A stretch of DNA of 39,640 nucleotides from Mesotaenium endlicherianum (lineage: Eukaryota), in the NCBI GenBank assembly GCA_009602735.1, contig WELA01003208.1, positions 21,224 to 60,863 on the forward strand, written 5' to 3'. The notes under the pieces were generated by a model. It ran no database searches. It was not told the DNA's origin and saw only the letters and a program-made list of their open reading frames with translations. Shown piece after piece: positions 35,181 to 39,640 of the stretch. The translations under genes and the position numbers were made by a program. Each line of letters begins with the position of its first letter. Position 1 is the first letter of the stretch.

Positions 35181-36659
35181 TGCCGATTGAGGTTTTGAAA
35201 TTACAGACGGGTAATTCATGATCGAGCTAATCCACTGATGGTGATGTACCTCTTTTCTTTCTCTCAGCGCAAATTTGAAAGATATATTTGGAGGGTATCA
35301 CGCAATAAAGCTGAAGACGAGGCAAGAGTTAACGAAGTCTTAGATCGAGCATATTGATAGAAGTAACTGTGAGTTTATGCCGTATAAGCTTTCCCTCATG
35401 AACAGCTATGAAGAAAATCTTGATCAGTACAAGGGTTTGGAAAAGAACAATACCCATCAACCCAACATGAAAGATATACAATTCAACATGCACAAGCTAG
35501 AAAGAACAGACTATGCAGTAGATCTTGATGGCCATGTCACAAAATCAGCCACATTACCTGCTCCTTTTCTGGTTAGCCTTAATAATAGGTGTAGGGAGAA
35601 GAGCCCGTGGACAGGTGATGTAGTATATCAATGCATACTACAATACTCAAATCAAGCTGCATCATTGTGATGTGACCTCTGGTTCAGATAAAAACATCTG
35701 CAGGTCGAACAGTCTAATCAACAATGTAAACAAGACCGCAGATTATCAAGTTTGTCAACCAATACATCTTATTCAAATAATTTGCACATCAGTGCTACAG
35801 GTGCAATTAGAAACCACAAGATGCTCATCATGTTGAAATCCTAAGGAAGTTCAAATTCTGAGCAAGGCCTGCACCTGCTCAATCTTCAGAGATATTGACC
35901 CGTCTATGAGTGCTACATGCCCTCTCCCTGTAAGGAGGAGCTTTTGAAGTGATTTCCACCTTTGCTTCTCAATGGGCCACTCTTGTACCCAGTTCTTTTT
36001 CTTGTTTCTTCTCCCTCCCAATAGAGTTACAAACCGAATCCCAACCCTTAAAAATACAAGAAGCATCTTGAACATCTACACACCTTCCCCCAGTGTACGT
36101 TGCACCTCCTCGCTAGCTTTCCGTCGCAAAGGCTCAGAACGGGAGCCAGTCGAGTGCACGCCCTAGGAGTCCTTGTCCTTAGAGTCCTTGTCCTTACCAG
36201 ACTCCAGATGTCACACAGGGTATTGCTTACGACTTGACAAGCTCACTAAGATTTCCCGGCAGCCCTTCGAGCTACAGCTACAGACGCCCCCCCCCACGGT
36301 GTCCCAGGTCTGGCAAACAGAGCCCACCGGGCTTTGCCTGCTTCGACAGCCTCGGGAGAGATGTTGATGCCAGACTCCCAACGCGCAGCTTGTCGACGAG
36401 CACTCGTGGCCCATCCCCGACGTACTCCAGACCTCCGAATTGCGCCCTCCATCTCCCATCATGTGCAAAGCCCGCAACTCTTCCCCGCGAAGCCCCAGCC
36501 CTTTCTTTGCTCCTCTTTCAGCTCCCCTTTTCTTATTTATATCTTCAAGCAACGATCCAGCAGCGTCCGGTGGCGCACGGGGCCTGCCTGCTCTGCCCGT
36601 CGTACCTCTGCCGCCAGAACAGCACAGAATTCAGAGACTCGCTTTCTCTTTCTCTTCTC

Positions 36660-36721
36660 TCAGTGACGGTCGTGGCTACGACTGGGCCGAGCGCCGCGGG
36701 GGTCCTTATCCCAGTGTCGAT

Positions 36722-36752
<31 letters not shown>

Positions 36753-38095
36753 GTGGTGCGAGTGGGACGAGGACGAGTGCCGGTGGTGGTGCTCCTTCTC
36801 ATGAGACGAGGACACGTGTCGGCTCTCCCTCTCCCTCTCCCTCTCCCTGTCCCTGTCCCTGTGCCCTCCGCCGCCGCCCCGGCTGTCATACTCTTTCTCA
36901 AATCGACCGCTCTCACCGCTCGCGTGCCCCGAGTGCCGCCCAGAGTGCCCAGAGTGGCCGCCCGAGTGGTGGCTGCCGCCGCCGCCGCCATGTGCGTGCG
37001 TGGTCGAATCACCCCCTCCCCGCCGCTCGTGGTGCTCCCGGCCGTCCCGCACCTCCAGCTGCTGGTGGTGCTTGTCGTCGGGGGCGCGGTGCTCCCCCCC
37101 CGCGTGCTCCTGCTCGTAGAGGTTGCGGTCGCGCTTCCGATCTTTTCTTTGCAGATCACCGCCGCCACCGCCGCCACCGCCGCCGCCGCCGCCGCCGCCA
37201 TGCCTCCTGTGTCCGGCGTGGAGCTCGCTGCCGCCCTCGCGCCGCTTGTAGCCCTGCCGGCTCCTCCCGGGACTCGAGGAGCGCGACCTGGAGTAGCTGC
37301 TGGACTCCAGCTCGCGCGCCCTGGGGCTGCTGCGGGCGTGGCCTCCTGCGGGGCTGCCACCTCGGCCCCCCCGCTCGGCGCGGCCCGTGCTCTTGAAGAG
37401 AGTGTTGGCAGCAAACTCCTCGTCCAGGGGCTCGCCCGTGCGCCTGTGCTTGCGCCCGCCCCCTCTGTCGGACGACACCGAGGGCGGGGCGGAGGAGGGG
37501 GTGCCGCGGGGCCGGGGGGGAGGGGGCGACAGGAGAGACGCCCCATCCAAGCTGGAATGCTCGCCCTCCCCTCCTGCGGCAGCCGATGTAGGAGGAGGAG
37601 CAGCCCTCTTCCAAGCAGCGCTTGCCTCGTCTGTGCCGGCAGCAGCAGCAGCAACAGCAGCAGCTGGCGTGCTCGCAGGCGAGAGCTGACCTGCCTTATC
37701 CTGCTGCACCCTGGTGGCAGCTTCAGGGGAAGACACCGCGCCGCCAACCGGCACTTCCTCCAGGCGGCGGTGCTTAGACAGCTTCTCCTCTGAATTTCCG
37801 GCACCCGGGGCTTCCTCAACTCCCCTCTTCTCTTTCTCGTCCCCTTCCACTTGCTTCTTGCCCTTCCCATTCTCTTCAAGCCGCAGCTGCTGCTGAAGCT
37901 GGGCTACCCCGTTGGACAGCGCACTCTGCACAGCAGCTGTTGTGGCAGCGCCTCTTGTCGCCACATCATCGCCGGTGCCAGCCTCACCACCAGCCTCAGT
38001 AGCCACAACTGTAGCAGCCACAGCAGCAGCCTCAGCGTCGACAGCTGGCAGCGCCCCTGCCACAGCCGCACTGGCCCCAGCCACAGGAGCAGCAC

Positions 38096-38130
<35 letters not shown>

Positions 38131-39406
38131 GTGGCAGGAGAAGCTTTCTCCCCGGGGGTCTGCTTGTCCCCCTTGTCAGCAGCCCCGTCAATGACCCCCC
38201 CGCCGCCCCCCTCGGCGCTGCCAGTGTCAACATCCATGTCCACCACTGCAGAGTCTTCCCTCCCCTCGTTGCGCCCGTGCCCCAGACCTAACCCTAATCC
38301 CACGCTGCTTGCGCCCCCCTCAGCTGCCTCTGCCGACTCAGCTGCTACGCCTGCTGCTGCTGCTGCTGCATCTGTATCTGCAGCTGCGGGTGCTATCTCT
38401 CCATTCGCACGTGGCGGCTCATTATCTGGGAGATGGAGCTGCTCACCCCCCAGACCGTTTCCACCTGGAATATTTTTTGCCACCTCGCCGGCAGTCTCGG
38501 CTGCTGACCCCCCCGCGAGCGCTGCTTGGACGGCAGCAGGCGCTTCCGCAGAGCCATTGCCATTCTCAGTCGCTGCTGCCAGCTGGAGACCTCCGGCCTG
38601 ACCCGTCTCTGACACCGTGCCATTTGGGAGGGCTGAGTGGGCCTCGCCAGCTGGCGCCAGCAGGAGAGGCGGCCCCGACACACGCTCCGCTGCTGCCACG
38701 ACCGCTGCTACAGGAACACCTGGCGCCACGACAGCCACTGCTGCACGGGCACTGATGCAGCCAGCCGCGGCGGCATCCACACCCACTTCCTTCTCCTGGG
38801 CCACTATCTCAGAGGAAGGCTCTGACAATGCGACAGCTGTCAGAGTGACGGGCTCCGCCTTCAGTCCCAGATTTAGCTCTGGCTTGCTGGTACTGCCCGA
38901 GGGCGGCAGCATTTGGGTGCTGTTCACACCAGCAACAAGAGGAGGAGGCTGCTGCTGCTGCGCGGCTGAGCCTTCCCGGGGCACCCCAGCCCCTCCTCCC
39001 CCCCCTTCCCTCTTCTCCACTTTGCTCTGCCCTACCGCCTCTCCCTTGCGTGCGGCTGCTGCTGCTTCTCTCAAAGATGACGCTGTTCCATCAGTGGCAG
39101 CGCTAGAAGCACCACCGCCCCTGGCGGCAGCAGCAGTAGCTGCCGCAGCAGTTGCAGCGGCGGCGCCACCTGGCGCTTTGCTTGCAGTGGCGGCGGCCGC
39201 CTGAGAGGGGGGGGGGGCACTTGGAGATCCGGCAGTGGGAGCGGCGGCAGAGGTGCCTAGGCCTCCCCCCGGGCCTGAGCTTGGGCTCAGGGTCGGGACG
39301 GCCGGCACGGACAGGGAGGGCGTGGTGGGCACGGAGAGGCCAGATGTCGGCGTCTTGCTGCTGTCGCCCTTGCGCTTGTACATGGACATGATCTGGTCCT
39401 CCACCT
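36660..39406 (-). CDS. Terminal exon (~914 codons) of a low-complexity Ala/Gly-rich protein with a His- and Arg/Glu/Asp-rich tail; tentatively cyclin T/K-like; upstream exons lie beyond the window
   Basis: A 2.7-kb uninterrupted ORF preceded by the acceptor GGCGGCGCAG| at 39407 (phase 1). It begins EVEDQIMSMYKRK, which resembles the last helix of the cyclin box in plant cyclin T (EVSNQMLELY) and cyclin K. It ends with [26 protein letters not shown] and poly-Gly. Coding status is well supported, but the family call is weak. Confidence 0.7.
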
Positions 39407-39640
39407 CTGCGCCGCCCAATCCGCATGCGGCGGGCGGGGAGAGGATGCGTGCGCGCGCGGGCGGGCAGGCGGCGGTGGGCGGCAGCGGGAGGCCAATCGC
39501 GCGGCGGCAGACAGACAGACAGAGACTGACACTTTTCAGCAGCGGCGGCACAAACCGGGAATGCGCACGCCCAATCAGCATGCAGGGCTACATGGAGGGA
39601 GAATACCCAGGAGCGGGGCGGGGCAGGGCGGGACAGGGCG

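Noticed and set aside
36234..39204. Long plus-strand ORFs (519, 318, 229, 195 aa) opposite the terminal exon
   Set aside because: They are antisense shadows of a GC-rich low-complexity coding exon with no recognisable domain.

Overview
Eukaryotic, intron-rich DNA from a streptophyte. The land-plant-type CesA gene structure, very GC-rich 3' exons and microsatellite-laden introns suggest a charophyte (zygnematophyte-like) alga, but the species cannot be confirmed from sequence alone. From left to right the window holds: (1) the probable end of a minus-strand Ty3/Gypsy-type LTR (1-1280); (2) a complete 15-exon cellulose synthase gene, CesA-a (2180-12884, +, about 1101 aa); (3) a tandem paralog, CesA-b (15515-28922, +, 14 exons, one of them lost in an N gap); (4) a convergent BC10/DUF266 (core-2/I-branching, GT14-like) glycosyltransferase gene (33939-30847, -) with a long low-complexity stem and an apparent assembly-induced frameshift; (5) the 2.7-kb last exon of a low-complexity His/Arg-rich protein, tentatively cyclin T/K-like (39406-36660, -). 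The most interesting signals are a CesA-CesA-BC10 cell-wall gene neighbourhood, patchy gene conversion between the CesA paralogs that extends into an intron, introns with C-rich 5' ends and G/GT-rich 3' ends lacking polypyrimidine tracts, and a long intronic hairpin. The ~600-nt poly-C run and the N gaps are assembly artefacts. All exon models were built by hand and no database searches were run.
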